DNA from: Desulfobaccales bacterium | Lineage (GTDB): Bacteria; Desulfobacterota; Desulfobaccia; Desulfobaccales; 0-14-0-80-60-11 | NCBI GenBank assembly: GCA_049585595.1 | Contig: JBAVAG010000013.1 | Coordinates: forward strand, 23,643 to 87,642 | Direction of reading: 5' to 3' | DNA length: 64,000 nt | Part shown: positions 10,087-18,411 of the stretch, in pieces | How the letters are laid out: each line of letters begins with the position of its first letter | Numbering within the stretch: position 1 is the stretch's first letter | Notes under the pieces: model-generated | Told to the model about the DNA's origin: nothing | The model's database searches: none | Seen by the model: only the letters and a program-made list of their open reading frames with translations | Made by a program: the position numbers and the translations under genes

Positions 10087-11009
10087 AAATTTTCACGGGC
10101 AACGCCAACCGGCCTCTGGCGGAAAAGATCTGCAGCCACCTGGGAATTCCCCTGGGCGAGGCTACGGTGGGACGCTTCTCCGACGGGGAGATCTCGGTGG
10201 AGTTCCAGGAAAACGTCCGCGGCAAGGATGTTTACATCATCCAGCCCACCGCCATGCCCTGCAATGAGAACCTCATGGAATTGCTGGTCATGATGGACGC
10301 CTTAAAGAGGGCCTCGGCCCGCTGCGTCACCGCGGTGGTGACCTATTTCGCCTATGCCCGCCAGGATCGCAAGACCGCGCCCCGGACTCCTATTTCCGCC
10401 AAGCTGGTGGCCGATCTCATTACCACCGCCGGGGCCAACCGGATGCTCACCATGGATCTCCATTCCGGCCAGATCCAGGGATTTTTCGACATCCCCGTGG
10501 ACCATCTGTACGCGGCGCCGGTGACCCTGAAGTATATCCGGGAGAATTTTAGCCCGGACGTGGTGGTGGTCTCCCCGGACTCCGGCGGGGTGGAGCGGGC
10601 CCGGGCCTTCGCCAAACGCCTTAACACCTCCCTGGCCATCATCGACAAACGCCGGGACGCCGCCGCCATCAAGGCCATGACCCTCATCGGCAACGTCTGG
10701 GGCAAGGAGGCCATCATCCTGGACGACATGATCACCAGCGGGGCCACCCTGACCATGGCCGCGGAACTGCTGATACGCCACGGGGTACGCACCGTGCACG
10801 CCTGCGTCACGCACCCGGTCATGTCCCGCCACGCGGTGAGCAACATCCAGGGCTCTCTGGTCCAGTCCCTGGCGGTGACCGACACCATTCCCCTGAGCCC
10901 GGAGGCTGCCGCCCTGGAAAAGATCCGGGTTTTGTCGGTGGCCCCTCTCCTGGGAGAAGCCATCAAGCGCATCCACGACCTTGATTCAGTCAGTTCTCTA
11001 TTTGTGTAA
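10074..11009 (+). CDS. prs: Ribose-phosphate pyrophosphokinase
   Basis: 311 aa. [30 protein letters not shown], and PRPP-binding loop [12 protein letters not shown]. Overlaps ispE by 13 nt. Confidence 0.95.
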   Translation: MDDLKIFTGNANRPLAEKICSHLGIPLGEATVGRFSDGEISVEFQENVRGKDVYIIQPTAMPCNENLMELLVMMDALKRASARCVTAVVTYFAYARQDRKTAPRTPISAKLVADLITTAGANRMLTMDLHSGQIQGFFDIPVDHLYAAPVTLKYIRENFSPDVVVVSPDSGGVERARAFAKRLNTSLAIIDKRRDAAAIKAMTLIGNVWGKEAIILDDMITSGATLTMAAELLIRHGVRTVHACVTHPVMSRHAVSNIQGSLVQSLAVTDTIPLSPEAAALEKIRVLSVAPLLGEAIKRIHDLDSVSSLFV

Positions 11010-11011
11010 AG

Positions 11012-11039
11012 AGCTATCAGCTTTCAGCAATCAGCTAAA
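11012..11039. repeat. Heptamer-periodic repeat (AGCNNTC x3 plus AGCTAAA) immediately after the prs stop
   Basis: Reads agctatc agctttc agcaatc agctaaa. Confidence 0.85.
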
Positions 11040-11123
11040 AAGAATCATATTATTGGTTGATATTCTCTCCGCTCCTTAACATGATTTTTCCTAGCCGGTT
11101 ATGGCAGAGATAGGTTGAGTTTG

Positions 11124-11151
11124 TTACTGCTCACTGCTCGCTGCTCACTAT
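11124..11151. repeat. Heptamer-periodic repeat (TNRCTGC-like x4) just upstream of pth
   Basis: Reads ttactgc tcactgc tcgctgc tcactat. Confidence 0.85.
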
Positions 11152-11162
11152 AAAAATCTGCT

Positions 11163-11744
11163 ATGCGCCTCATCGTGGGTTTGGGAAATCCCGGCCGGGA
11201 GTATGCCTGGACCAGGCACAACCTGGGCTGGCAGGTGGTGGCCTACCTGTCGGAATACTGGAAGATTCCCCTGAATAAGAAGAACCTCGATTCGGTTTGG
11301 GGCCAGGGCAGGGTAGGGGAGGAGAGGCTGGTCTTGGCCCAACCCACCACTTACATGAACCTCAGCGGCCAGGCCGTTTCCCTCCTGCTCTCCTACTTCA
11401 AACTCACCCCGGACCGGCTGGTGGTGATTCACGACGACCTGGACCTGCCGCGCTGGCGCCTCAAGATCGTGGAGCGTGGCGGCGCCGGCGGTCACCGGGG
11501 GGTCCTCTCCATCATTGACCGGCTGCACAGCGAGGAATTTCTCCGGGTGAAGATGGGGATCGACCGGCCACCGGTGGCAATGCCCGGGGAGGGCTATGTT
11601 TTGTCCCATTTCCCGGCGGCAGACGCGGAAAACGTGGCCCGTTTCATCGAGCGGGCCGCCCGGGCAGTGGACACCCTGGTCCGGGAAGGGCTGGCCGCAG
11701 CCCAGAACCTTTTTCACGGCGAGCCCACTGATTTGATCGAGTAG
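11163..11744 (+). CDS. pth: Peptidyl-tRNA hydrolase
   Basis: 193 aa. MRLIVGLGNPG..Y..TRHN.G, and HDDLDLP...K..GG.GGH.G. Ends in TAG. Confidence 0.93.
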   Translation: MRLIVGLGNPGREYAWTRHNLGWQVVAYLSEYWKIPLNKKNLDSVWGQGRVGEERLVLAQPTTYMNLSGQAVSLLLSYFKLTPDRLVVIHDDLDLPRWRLKIVERGGAGGHRGVLSIIDRLHSEEFLRVKMGIDRPPVAMPGEGYVLSHFPAADAENVARFIERAARAVDTLVREGLAAAQNLFHGEPTDLIE

Positions 11745-11844
11745 ATTTATTGATGGCGTTTGGCGGCCTTAAGGGCGTAACCAGACTAACAAATGATCTG
11801 GTTACTCAGTGCTTGAATTCTTGAATATGGTAACCTTTCATGTT

Positions 11845-11960
11845 CTCCCCCCCCATCACCCCAACCCTCTCCCCCCGCCGGGGGGAGTGGGAGCTTTCCA
11901 GGCTTTGGCTCTTTATTCCCTCTCCCACAATGGGGGAGAGAGTTACGATGAGGGGGAACT
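11845..11960. repeat. REP-like element with two C/G-run hairpins (CTCCCC..GGGGAG and CTCTCCC..GGGAGAG)
   Basis: ctctccccccgccgggggag and tccctctcccacaatgggggagag. The 73-aa ORF 11809-12030 across it looks spurious. Confidence 0.6.
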
Positions 11961-12050
11961 AGTCATTTGTTTCCGCTGTTACTGGACCTATCCCTATAGA
12001 GGATGCACATGCCGTTCTCTGTTGGCCTGATGAATCATTAAAGGATTGAT

Positions 12051-12075
12051 GCACAGGCGGGACGCCTGTGCCACC
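12051..12075. repeat. Hairpin repeat GCACAGGCG-N3-CGCCTGTGCCACC; second copy at 61055-61079
   Basis: The 25-nt string differs at 2 positions from 61055-61079. It has a perfect 8-bp stem, CACAGGCG/CGCCTGTG. Confidence 0.8.
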
Positions 12076-12088
12076 ATGATTTAGCAGA

Positions 12089-13381
12089 ATGCGCCTCCTA
12101 TTTATTTCCAGCAACCGCTGTCGCCTCGTATTCGTGCCGCTGCCCCTGGGCCTGGCCGCGGTGGTGGCCGCCCTGGGCTCGGAGCATGAAGTCAGGGTTG
12201 TCGATTTCATGTTTGCCAAGGACCCCCTGGCCCAGGTGGACCGGGCAGTGGCGGAGCTCTCCCCGGAACTTATCGGCATCTCGGTCAGAAACATTGACAA
12301 TCAGGACAGCCGCCTGCCGGAAATCTATTTTCCGGAGGTCAAAGAACTGGTGCAGCACTTGCGGGGGATCAGCCCGGCGCCGGTGCTCCTGGGAGGTGCG
12401 GGCTTTTCGGTGGCGCCCCGGGAATTCATGGAGTACACCAATGCCGATTTCGGCATGGTGGGGGAAGGGGAATTCCTGGCAAGTTTCTTGGAGGCCTACC
12501 CTGAAAAGAGATGGGATCAGGTTCCAGGCCTGATCTGGCGTCAGGAGGGCCTCCTCAAACTGAATCGGCGCCAGCCCGTCCGGCGGCTCGATCTGCTGCC
12601 CGCTCCAGCTCTCGAATATTTTACCCCGCGCCGGTATCAGGATACCCGGGGAAGCGCCGGGCTGCCAGGCATGATTCCGGTGCAGAGCCGCCGGGGCTGC
12701 CCCATGAGGTGCATCTACTGCAGCACGCCGCTCCTGGAAGGCGCCCAGACCCGGGCCTGGGCCCCGGAGCAGGTGGCCTCCTGGCTGGCGGCCTGGCACG
12801 GGAAGTGGGGCCTGAACCGTTTCTTTTTCGTGGATAATATCTTTAATTGTCCCGTGGATTACGGGCGGCGCCTCTGCCGGGCCATCGCCGCCTTGCGCCT
12901 TCCCCTGGAATGGGGCTGCCTGATCAATCCGGCCTTTCCGGATCAGGAATTGTTCGAGCTTATCGGGGCGTCGGGCGGCGTCATGGTACAGGTGGGCAAC
13001 GAAAACGGCTCGGAACTGATGTTGAACCGCCTGGGCAAAGGATTCGATTTGAAGCAGGTGGAGCGTACCCTGAAACTGCTTAAAGCAGCGGGCCTCCCCT
13101 TCACCTGCTTCCTGCTGCTGGGCGGCCCCGGCGAAACCCGGGAGACCGTCCAGGAGAGCGTCGCCTTCCTGGAGGCCTTTCAACCCAGGATGGTGAGCGT
13201 GAAGGCCGGCATCCGCATCCACCCGGGGCTCCCCCTGCACCGCCTGGCCCTGGAGGAAGGGGTGGTAAACAGTGAGGATAATTTATTATGGCCCAAGTTT
13301 TACCTGGCCCCGGCCATCCGCGACTGGATCTGGGATTATATTGGGGAAGTGGCCGCCCGGCACCCCAATTGGACCTTCTAA
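12089..13381 (+). CDS. B12-binding-domain radical SAM protein
   Basis: 430 aa. N-terminal Rossmann-like B12-binding region, then radical SAM motif CPMRCIYC (CX3CX2C). Confidence 0.75.
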   Translation: MRLLFISSNRCRLVFVPLPLGLAAVVAALGSEHEVRVVDFMFAKDPLAQVDRAVAELSPELIGISVRNIDNQDSRLPEIYFPEVKELVQHLRGISPAPVLLGGAGFSVAPREFMEYTNADFGMVGEGEFLASFLEAYPEKRWDQVPGLIWRQEGLLKLNRRQPVRRLDLLPAPALEYFTPRRYQDTRGSAGLPGMIPVQSRRGCPMRCIYCSTPLLEGAQTRAWAPEQVASWLAAWHGKWGLNRFFFVDNIFNCPVDYGRRLCRAIAALRLPLEWGCLINPAFPDQELFELIGASGGVMVQVGNENGSELMLNRLGKGFDLKQVERTLKLLKAAGLPFTCFLLLGGPGETRETVQESVAFLEAFQPRMVSVKAGIRIHPGLPLHRLALEEGVVNSEDNLLWPKFYLAPAIRDWIWDYIGEVAARHPNWTF

Positions 13382-13427
13382 AAACGGTTTTCAGTTTTCG
13401 GAGAATCAGCATTGGCAAGATTAAGGA

Positions 13428-13928
13428 GTGACCATGTCTCCTCCATCAGATGACGAGAGGGAACGCCCCAGTTGGAGGGAGATAGACCAGCGCCGGGACC
13501 GGTCGGGCGGAGCGCGGCCCCGCCGGGAGCCCCGTCTCCCGAAGAAGCAGTCGGAAATGATCCGCCTTACGGCATTGGCCCAGGCCGAGGCCCTGTTTCA
13601 AGGCAAGCGGGCCAAGCCGGAGTATCAAAAAGACCTGCGGGAATTGGAATCGAGTCACGGTACCAAGAGATTTGCCACCTGTGCCAAAAGGTTCCTGGAG
13701 GAATACGGCCTGCCGGGGGAGTGGGGGGCGCTGACCCGGCTGTTGGAGTATCCGGACCCCTTGGTGGTGCAGGAGGTCTTAGGCGCCATGGCGTCCCAGG
13801 TGGAGAGCCGGAGCCGGGTGGAGCAGCAGGGTTTCAGGGGCCGGCTGCAGGTCCTGGCCCTCAGCGGCCAGGATGGTGAGGTGCGGCGCACCGCCGAGGA
13901 AATACTGTCAGGAATGGAAAAAAAATAA
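13428..13928 (+). CDS. Hypothetical protein with a highly basic N-terminus and HEAT-like C-terminal helices
   Basis: 166-aa ORF with AAGGAG RBS. Arg-rich N-terminus. No family recognised. Confidence 0.5.
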   Translation: MTMSPPSDDERERPSWREIDQRRDRSGGARPRREPRLPKKQSEMIRLTALAQAEALFQGKRAKPEYQKDLRELESSHGTKRFATCAKRFLEEYGLPGEWGALTRLLEYPDPLVVQEVLGAMASQVESRSRVEQQGFRGRLQVLALSGQDGEVRRTAEEILSGMEKK

Positions 13929-14091
13929 TCTTTTTTTATTGTCATTTAGAAGAAATTATGATATCATAAAAACTGGGTACTTGAAAACGCTTCCCGATTA
14001 CCCTGGGCGGCCGTCCGGATCAAGGGGGGCTCTCCGGCACTTGCAGCAGCCGGAGGTCGCAGCACAAGGAGGTGCTAATTCCGTGAAAAGG

Positions 14092-15123
14092 ATGAATACT
14101 GCCTTGGCTTCCGGCCGGGCAACAAATCCATGGACGGGACCGCCGGAATTATCCGAGATCATCACCCAAGACCCCGCTCTCCTTCTAATCCTTTCGCGTC
14201 TTCCTGCCTGGGCCAAGTCCGATCTCCCCATCCTGCTGACCGGCGAACCCGGGACCGGAAAAGAACTGGTGGCCCGGGCCATCTTCGCTCTGACTCCAAA
14301 GCGGCGGGCTTGCCAGCTAGTCAATTGCGCCGCCCTGACGGAAACGCTGGCGGGCAGTGAACTCTTCGGCCACCTGCGGGGGGCCTTTACCGATGCCCTC
14401 TGCCACAGGATGGGCAAGTTCCGGCTGGCCCATGGCGGCACCCTGTTCTTAGACGAGATCGGGGAGTTGCCGCTGTCGGTGCAATCCAAGTTGCTGCGGG
14501 CGGTGGAGCAAGGGGAGATCGAGCCGGTGGGCGGGGACGCGGCGGTGAAGGTGGACGTGCGCCTGGTGGCCGCCACCAATCAAGATTTGCAGGCAAGGAT
14601 TGCCCAGGGCTATTTCCGCCAGGACCTCTACGACCGCCTGGCGGTGCTGGAGATCCACCTGCCGCCGCTCAGGGAGCGGGGAGAAGATCTTGCCATGCTG
14701 GCCCGGCACTTCGCCCAGGAAGCGGCCCGGCGTCAAGGCCGCACCGAGCCGCCGGAGTTTAACGCCGCCGCCTGGCGCCGCCTGGAAGCGTATAGCTGGC
14801 CCGGCAACGTCCGGGAGCTGAAGAACGTGGTGACCCGGGTGGTCCTGTTGCACAGCGGCCGCTACATCTGTGGCGAGGATATTCATTTGCCCTCACGCGT
14901 CGCTGCGGTGGAGCCGGGCCACAATGTGGCCACCGGGATGAAGCCGGCGGCCATACGCCCCAGCCGGGGACGGCTGGTGGAACTCCTGGATGAGGAGCAG
15001 GGCAATATCTCCGTATTGTCCCGGCGTCTCGGGATCTGCACCAGGACCATGTACCGCTGGCTCAGGTCAGCCAACATTGACCTGGAAAATTTCCGGCGGG
15101 GCGCCCCCTTTGCCCTGGCCTGA
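14092..15123 (+). CDS. Sigma54-interaction-domain transcriptional activator (AAA+ plus C-terminal HTH) with no N-terminal sensor domain and a variant GAFTDA loop
   Basis: Walker A GEPGTGKE, ELFGH.RGAFTDA, Walker B LFLDEIGELP, WPGNVREL, and a C-terminal HTH. The ORF track begins at 13873, but the conserved domain starts right after the ATG at 14092 (GTG 14083 is also possible; AAGGAGG at 14066). Confidence 0.85.
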   Translation: MNTALASGRATNPWTGPPELSEIITQDPALLLILSRLPAWAKSDLPILLTGEPGTGKELVARAIFALTPKRRACQLVNCAALTETLAGSELFGHLRGAFTDALCHRMGKFRLAHGGTLFLDEIGELPLSVQSKLLRAVEQGEIEPVGGDAAVKVDVRLVAATNQDLQARIAQGYFRQDLYDRLAVLEIHLPPLRERGEDLAMLARHFAQEAARRQGRTEPPEFNAAAWRRLEAYSWPGNVRELKNVVTRVVLLHSGRYICGEDIHLPSRVAAVEPGHNVATGMKPAAIRPSRGRLVELLDEEQGNISVLSRRLGICTRTMYRWLRSANIDLENFRRGAPFALA

Positions 15124-15179
15124 GGGTGACGGGTTCCCTGGCCGTGGGCCGGGGCTGATGGTTATCCCCAAAAAGTGAA

Positions 15180-15212
15180 GCCGCCCTTCCTCCGGGAAAG
15201 GCGGCTTTTTTT
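15180..15212 (+). terminator. Rho-independent terminator after the activator gene
   Basis: GCCGCC (15180-85) pairs with GGCGGC (15200-05), followed by T7. Confidence 0.6.
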
Positions 15213-15225
15213 CGCAATCTGAAGA

Positions 15226-15253
15226 TAGGGGCGGACACATGGGTCCGCCCCTA
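15226..15253. repeat. REP-like perfect 11-bp hairpin TAGGGGCGGAC/GTCCGCCCCTA
   Basis: taggggcggac-acatgg-gtccgccccta. Confidence 0.85.
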
Positions 15254-15340
15254 CAATTAACAAAATCCCATTTGAGAGTTTGTAGGGTGCGTCTCACGCA
15301 CCATCAGGAGCGGCACGACCACAGGCTGGAAGGCTGGAGT

Positions 15341-15412
15341 TGTAGGGGCGGCGTCTCAGTGGCACAGGCCTCTGGCCTGTGGGATTGCCCCGGCGGGGAA
15401 ACCCCGCCCCCA
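15341..15412. repeat. Nested REP-like element (TGTAGGGGCGGCGTCTC ... GGCGGGGAAACCCCGCCCC) with inner CACAGGC hairpin
   Basis: The 17-nt tgtaggggcggcgtctc and the ggcggggaaaccccgcccc block recur at 47250-47297. The inner hairpin is cacaggcctctggcctgtg. Confidence 0.8.
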
Positions 15413-15435
15413 CGGAACCGGTGGGCAGTGATTTA

Positions 15436-15516
15436 GGAAAGGCAAAAGTAAAAAGTAAAAAGGCAAAAATTACCAGGCATTAGAGTTTCCTTTTTACTTT
15501 TAACTTTTTCCTTTCC
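15436..15516 (-). repeat. 28-bp A/G-rich inverted repeat (hairpin) 3 nt downstream of the nuoN stop; possible operon terminator or stabiliser
   Basis: Left arm 15436-15463 (ggaaaggcaaaagtaaaaagtaaaaagg) against right arm 15489-15516, with 2 mismatches and a 25-nt loop. The arms contain GTAAAAA heptamers. Confidence 0.7.
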
Positions 15517-15518
15517 TC

Positions 15519-16940
15519 TTAGAGAACCGACCTCACCGCCACTCTGGCCAGTTCCACGATGCGGTCCGGGAAGATGCCGAAGCCGATGATCACCGCGGCC
15601 AGAGAGTAGTTCAGCAAGCGGCTGGGCAGGCTCAGGATTATCGGCGAGAGGCCCGGATCGTCTTTGAAATAGGCGGCGTAGAGCACCCGCAGATAGTAAT
15701 AGAGGGACACGGTGCCGTTCACTGCGCCGATCAACACCAGCCAAAAATAGCCGGAGTTCATGGCGGAGGTGAAGAGCAACAGCTTCCCGGTGAAGCCGAT
15801 GGAGGGGGGCACTCCCGCCAGGGCAAAGATCCCCAGGATCAGGTTCATGCTGAGCAAAGGACTGCGGCGGTAGAGGCCGCCCAACTCCACAATCTTCAAA
15901 TCCCGGCCGTCCGCGGCCACTTCCGAAAGGACCATAAACACCGTAAAGTTCATCACCAGGTAGGCCAGGGCATAGTAAACGGCGGCGGTGTAGCCCGCCT
16001 CCCTCAAGGTCAAGATCCCTATGAGAAAGTAGCCGGCGTGGGCAATGGAGGAGTAGGCCAGCATGCGCTTGAAGTCTTTCTGGATAATGGCCACCAGGTT
16101 GCCCAGGGTCATGGAGGCGATGGAGAGGATCATCAGGGCCTTGGTGAAGCCGTAGCCGTAGCCGGCCCCGAGGGCTGCGAAACGCAGCAGCAGGGCCACC
16201 GCGGCCGCCTTGGAGGCGGTGGCGATGAAGGCGGTAACCTGATTGGCGGCGCCCTGGTAAACGTCCGGGGCCCAGAAGTGGAAGGGAAAGACCGACAGCT
16301 TGAAGAAGAAGCCGGCCATGGCCAGGAGCAGGCCGATGAGACCGATGGGGCTTTGGGTCAATTGGGACAGCTTGGGCGCCAGCTCGGCCAGGTAAGTGGT
16401 GCCGGTGGCCCCAAAGATATAGCTCAGACCGAAGAGCATAAAGCCGGAAGAGACCGCGCCGATGAACAGGTACTTGATGCCCGCCTCCACGTCGATGCCG
16501 TCCCCCCGGCGCAGGGGCACCAGGATGTAGAGGGAATAGGAGGAGAGCTCCAGGGCCACGTAAATGGTGAGGAGTTCCACCGCCGAGACCAGCAGCATCA
16601 TGCCGATAATGGTGGTGGTGAGAAACAGGTAAAATTCGGCCTGCTGGCGCTCCTCGATGTGGGCCAGGTTATGGGAGATGGTGAGCACCAGGAAGAGGCC
16701 CAGGGACAGGGCGAACTTGAAGATCTGGCTGAAAAGGTCGACCCGGTAGGCTTTATAGAAAAGATAACCATGCTGAAAAAGGCAGGAGGCGGTGAGCAGC
16801 ACCCCCACCCCGGCCAGTACCAGGGCGATGCGGTAATCGGTCTTGACCTGGGGCGTTCTCCTGAGGCTAAGGCAGAAAAAGACCAGGGCCAGGCCCAAGT
16901 AATAGAGTTCCGGTCCGAACAGCGTCACATTCATGGTCAC
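15519..16940 (-). CDS. nuoN: NADH-quinone oxidoreductase subunit N
   Basis: 473-aa polytopic antiporter-like protein, last gene of the nuo operon. Start overlaps the nuoM stop. Confidence 0.9.
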   Translation of the reverse strand: MTMNVTLFGPELYYLGLALVFFCLSLRRTPQVKTDYRIALVLAGVGVLLTASCLFQHGYLFYKAYRVDLFSQIFKFALSLGLFLVLTISHNLAHIEERQQAEFYLFLTTTIIGMMLLVSAVELLTIYVALELSSYSLYILVPLRRGDGIDVEAGIKYLFIGAVSSGFMLFGLSYIFGATGTTYLAELAPKLSQLTQSPIGLIGLLLAMAGFFFKLSVFPFHFWAPDVYQGAANQVTAFIATASKAAAVALLLRFAALGAGYGYGFTKALMILSIASMTLGNLVAIIQKDFKRMLAYSSIAHAGYFLIGILTLREAGYTAAVYYALAYLVMNFTVFMVLSEVAADGRDLKIVELGGLYRRSPLLSMNLILGIFALAGVPPSIGFTGKLLLFTSAMNSGYFWLVLIGAVNGTVSLYYYLRVLYAAYFKDDPGLSPIILSLPSRLLNYSLAAVIIGFGIFPDRIVELARVAVRSVL

Positions 16941-18409
16941 ATTCCCTGGAGAAAGGGGATTATCGCGGTTTTAATCGTGCCCACCATCAGTTGCGGGAAA
17001 AACCCGAAGAGAATCAGGACGCTGATGAGGATCATGCGAGGCAAACCCAGGAAGGGGCTGACGTCCTGAAAATGGACGAACTTGGGGTTCGGCTCGTTGA
17101 AAAAGGTATTCTGCACGACTCGCAAGGCGAAGAGGGCGCCCACCACCAGGGCGGCGATGGCCAGCAGCCCCTGCACCGGGTAGACCTTGACGGCGGCGAT
17201 AAAGACCAGCAATTCGGCCCAGAAACTGGCCAGTCCCGGCACCCCGGCGCCGCACAAGGCCGCGGTGATAAAGAAGGCGGAAGCCACCGGCATAATTTTG
17301 GAGAAGCCCCCCAACTCGTGAATGTCACGGGTATGGGTGCGATCGTAGATAAAGCCCACCGAAGAGAAGAAGAGGGCGGTCATGATGCCGTGGGCGAACA
17401 TTTGGAAGACACTGCCGTTGAGGCCGTCCACCGTGCCGGTGGCCAGCCCCAGGCAGACGATGCCCATGTGGGACACCGAGGAATAGCCGATCACGTACTT
17501 CAAGTCGGTCTGGGCCAGGCCTACGAAGACGCCATAGACAATGCCCACGGTGGCCAGCAGGGCCATGAGCTGGGCCCAATAGTGAAAACCTACCGGGCAG
17601 AGATACATGGCGACCCGCAAGATGGCGAAAGAGCCCAGCTTCATGAGCACTCCGGCATGGAGCATACTCACCGCGGTGGGGGCGGCCACGTGGCCCACCG
17701 GCGACCACGTGTGGAACGGCCAGACCGCGGCCAGGACCCCGAAGCCGAAGAACAGCATCACAAAGGCAACCCTCTGGGTCCAGTAGGGGAAGTGGGCGGC
17801 ATGCAGCCGGATCATGTCGAAGGTCTGGAGGCCCGAAGAGGAATAGAGCAGCAGGATGCCGGGAATGATGAGACCGCTGCCGGCCATCAGATACAGGGTG
17901 AGCTTCATGGCGGCGTATTCTTTGCGGGTGGAGCCCCAGACCAGGATGAGGATGTACATGGGCACCACAGCGATCTCATAGAACAGGAAGAACATAAAGA
18001 GATCGTAGGACATGAAGACGCCGAAGACCCCGGTGACCAGGGCCAGCATCCAGATGAAGTATTCCTTGGTGCGCACCTCCAGCTCCCACATGGTGAGGAC
18101 GCCGGTAAAGATGACGATGCCGGTGAGCAGCAGCAGTGGGGCGTTCAGGCCCTCGACCCCTACGTGGTAGGTGATGCCGAAGGTCTTCACCCACTGGTAC
18201 TTCTCCACGAACTGCAAGCCCCCCAGGGTCCGGTCATAGGCCACAAAGGTGTAGATCGCCAGGGCCAGGGAGATGCCCGCAGCCACCAGGGATACGGCCT
18301 TGATGAGGAACTTCTGATCGTCCCGCAGGGTGAGGAGGACCAGCAGTCCCGCCGGCGGGGCCAGCAGCATGCAGGAGAGAATGGGGAATGATGCCATGTG
18401 TTCGGTCAT
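16937..18409 (-). CDS. nuoM: NADH-quinone oxidoreductase subunit M
   Basis: 490-aa antiporter-like subunit, positioned between nuoL and nuoN. Confidence 0.9.
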   Translation of the reverse strand: MTEHMASFPILSCMLLAPPAGLLVLLTLRDDQKFLIKAVSLVAAGISLALAIYTFVAYDRTLGGLQFVEKYQWVKTFGITYHVGVEGLNAPLLLLTGIVIFTGVLTMWELEVRTKEYFIWMLALVTGVFGVFMSYDLFMFFLFYEIAVVPMYILILVWGSTRKEYAAMKLTLYLMAGSGLIIPGILLLYSSSGLQTFDMIRLHAAHFPYWTQRVAFVMLFFGFGVLAAVWPFHTWSPVGHVAAPTAVSMLHAGVLMKLGSFAILRVAMYLCPVGFHYWAQLMALLATVGIVYGVFVGLAQTDLKYVIGYSSVSHMGIVCLGLATGTVDGLNGSVFQMFAHGIMTALFFSSVGFIYDRTHTRDIHELGGFSKIMPVASAFFITAALCGAGVPGLASFWAELLVFIAAVKVYPVQGLLAIAALVVGALFALRVVQNTFFNEPNPKFVHFQDVSPFLGLPRMILISVLILFGFFPQLMVGTIKTAIIPFLQGM

Positions 18410-18411
18410 AA

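Noticed and set aside
11809-12030. 73-aa ORF in the pth to radical-SAM spacer.
   Set aside because: It runs through REP-like C-run/G-run hairpins. The Pro/Gly-rich translation is typical of repeat-derived pseudo-ORFs.
15356-15373. Sigma54 -24/-12-like strings: TGGCACaggccTCTGG here, TGGCACgcccgCAGCC at 52046, and TGGCAAatttatcTCGCA upstream of the TPR gene.
   Set aside because: The -12 element (TTGC) or the GG-N10-GC spacing is wrong in each case. The first lies inside a REP element.
16991-18391. 466-aa plus-strand ORF antisense to nuoM. Similar long antisense ORFs occur at 16038-17069, 19570-20346 and 22894-24045.
   Set aside because: These are shadow ORFs opposite strongly conserved nuo genes in GC-rich DNA. 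Their translations are G/R/H/Q/E/D-rich low-complexity sequence with no recognisable motifs.
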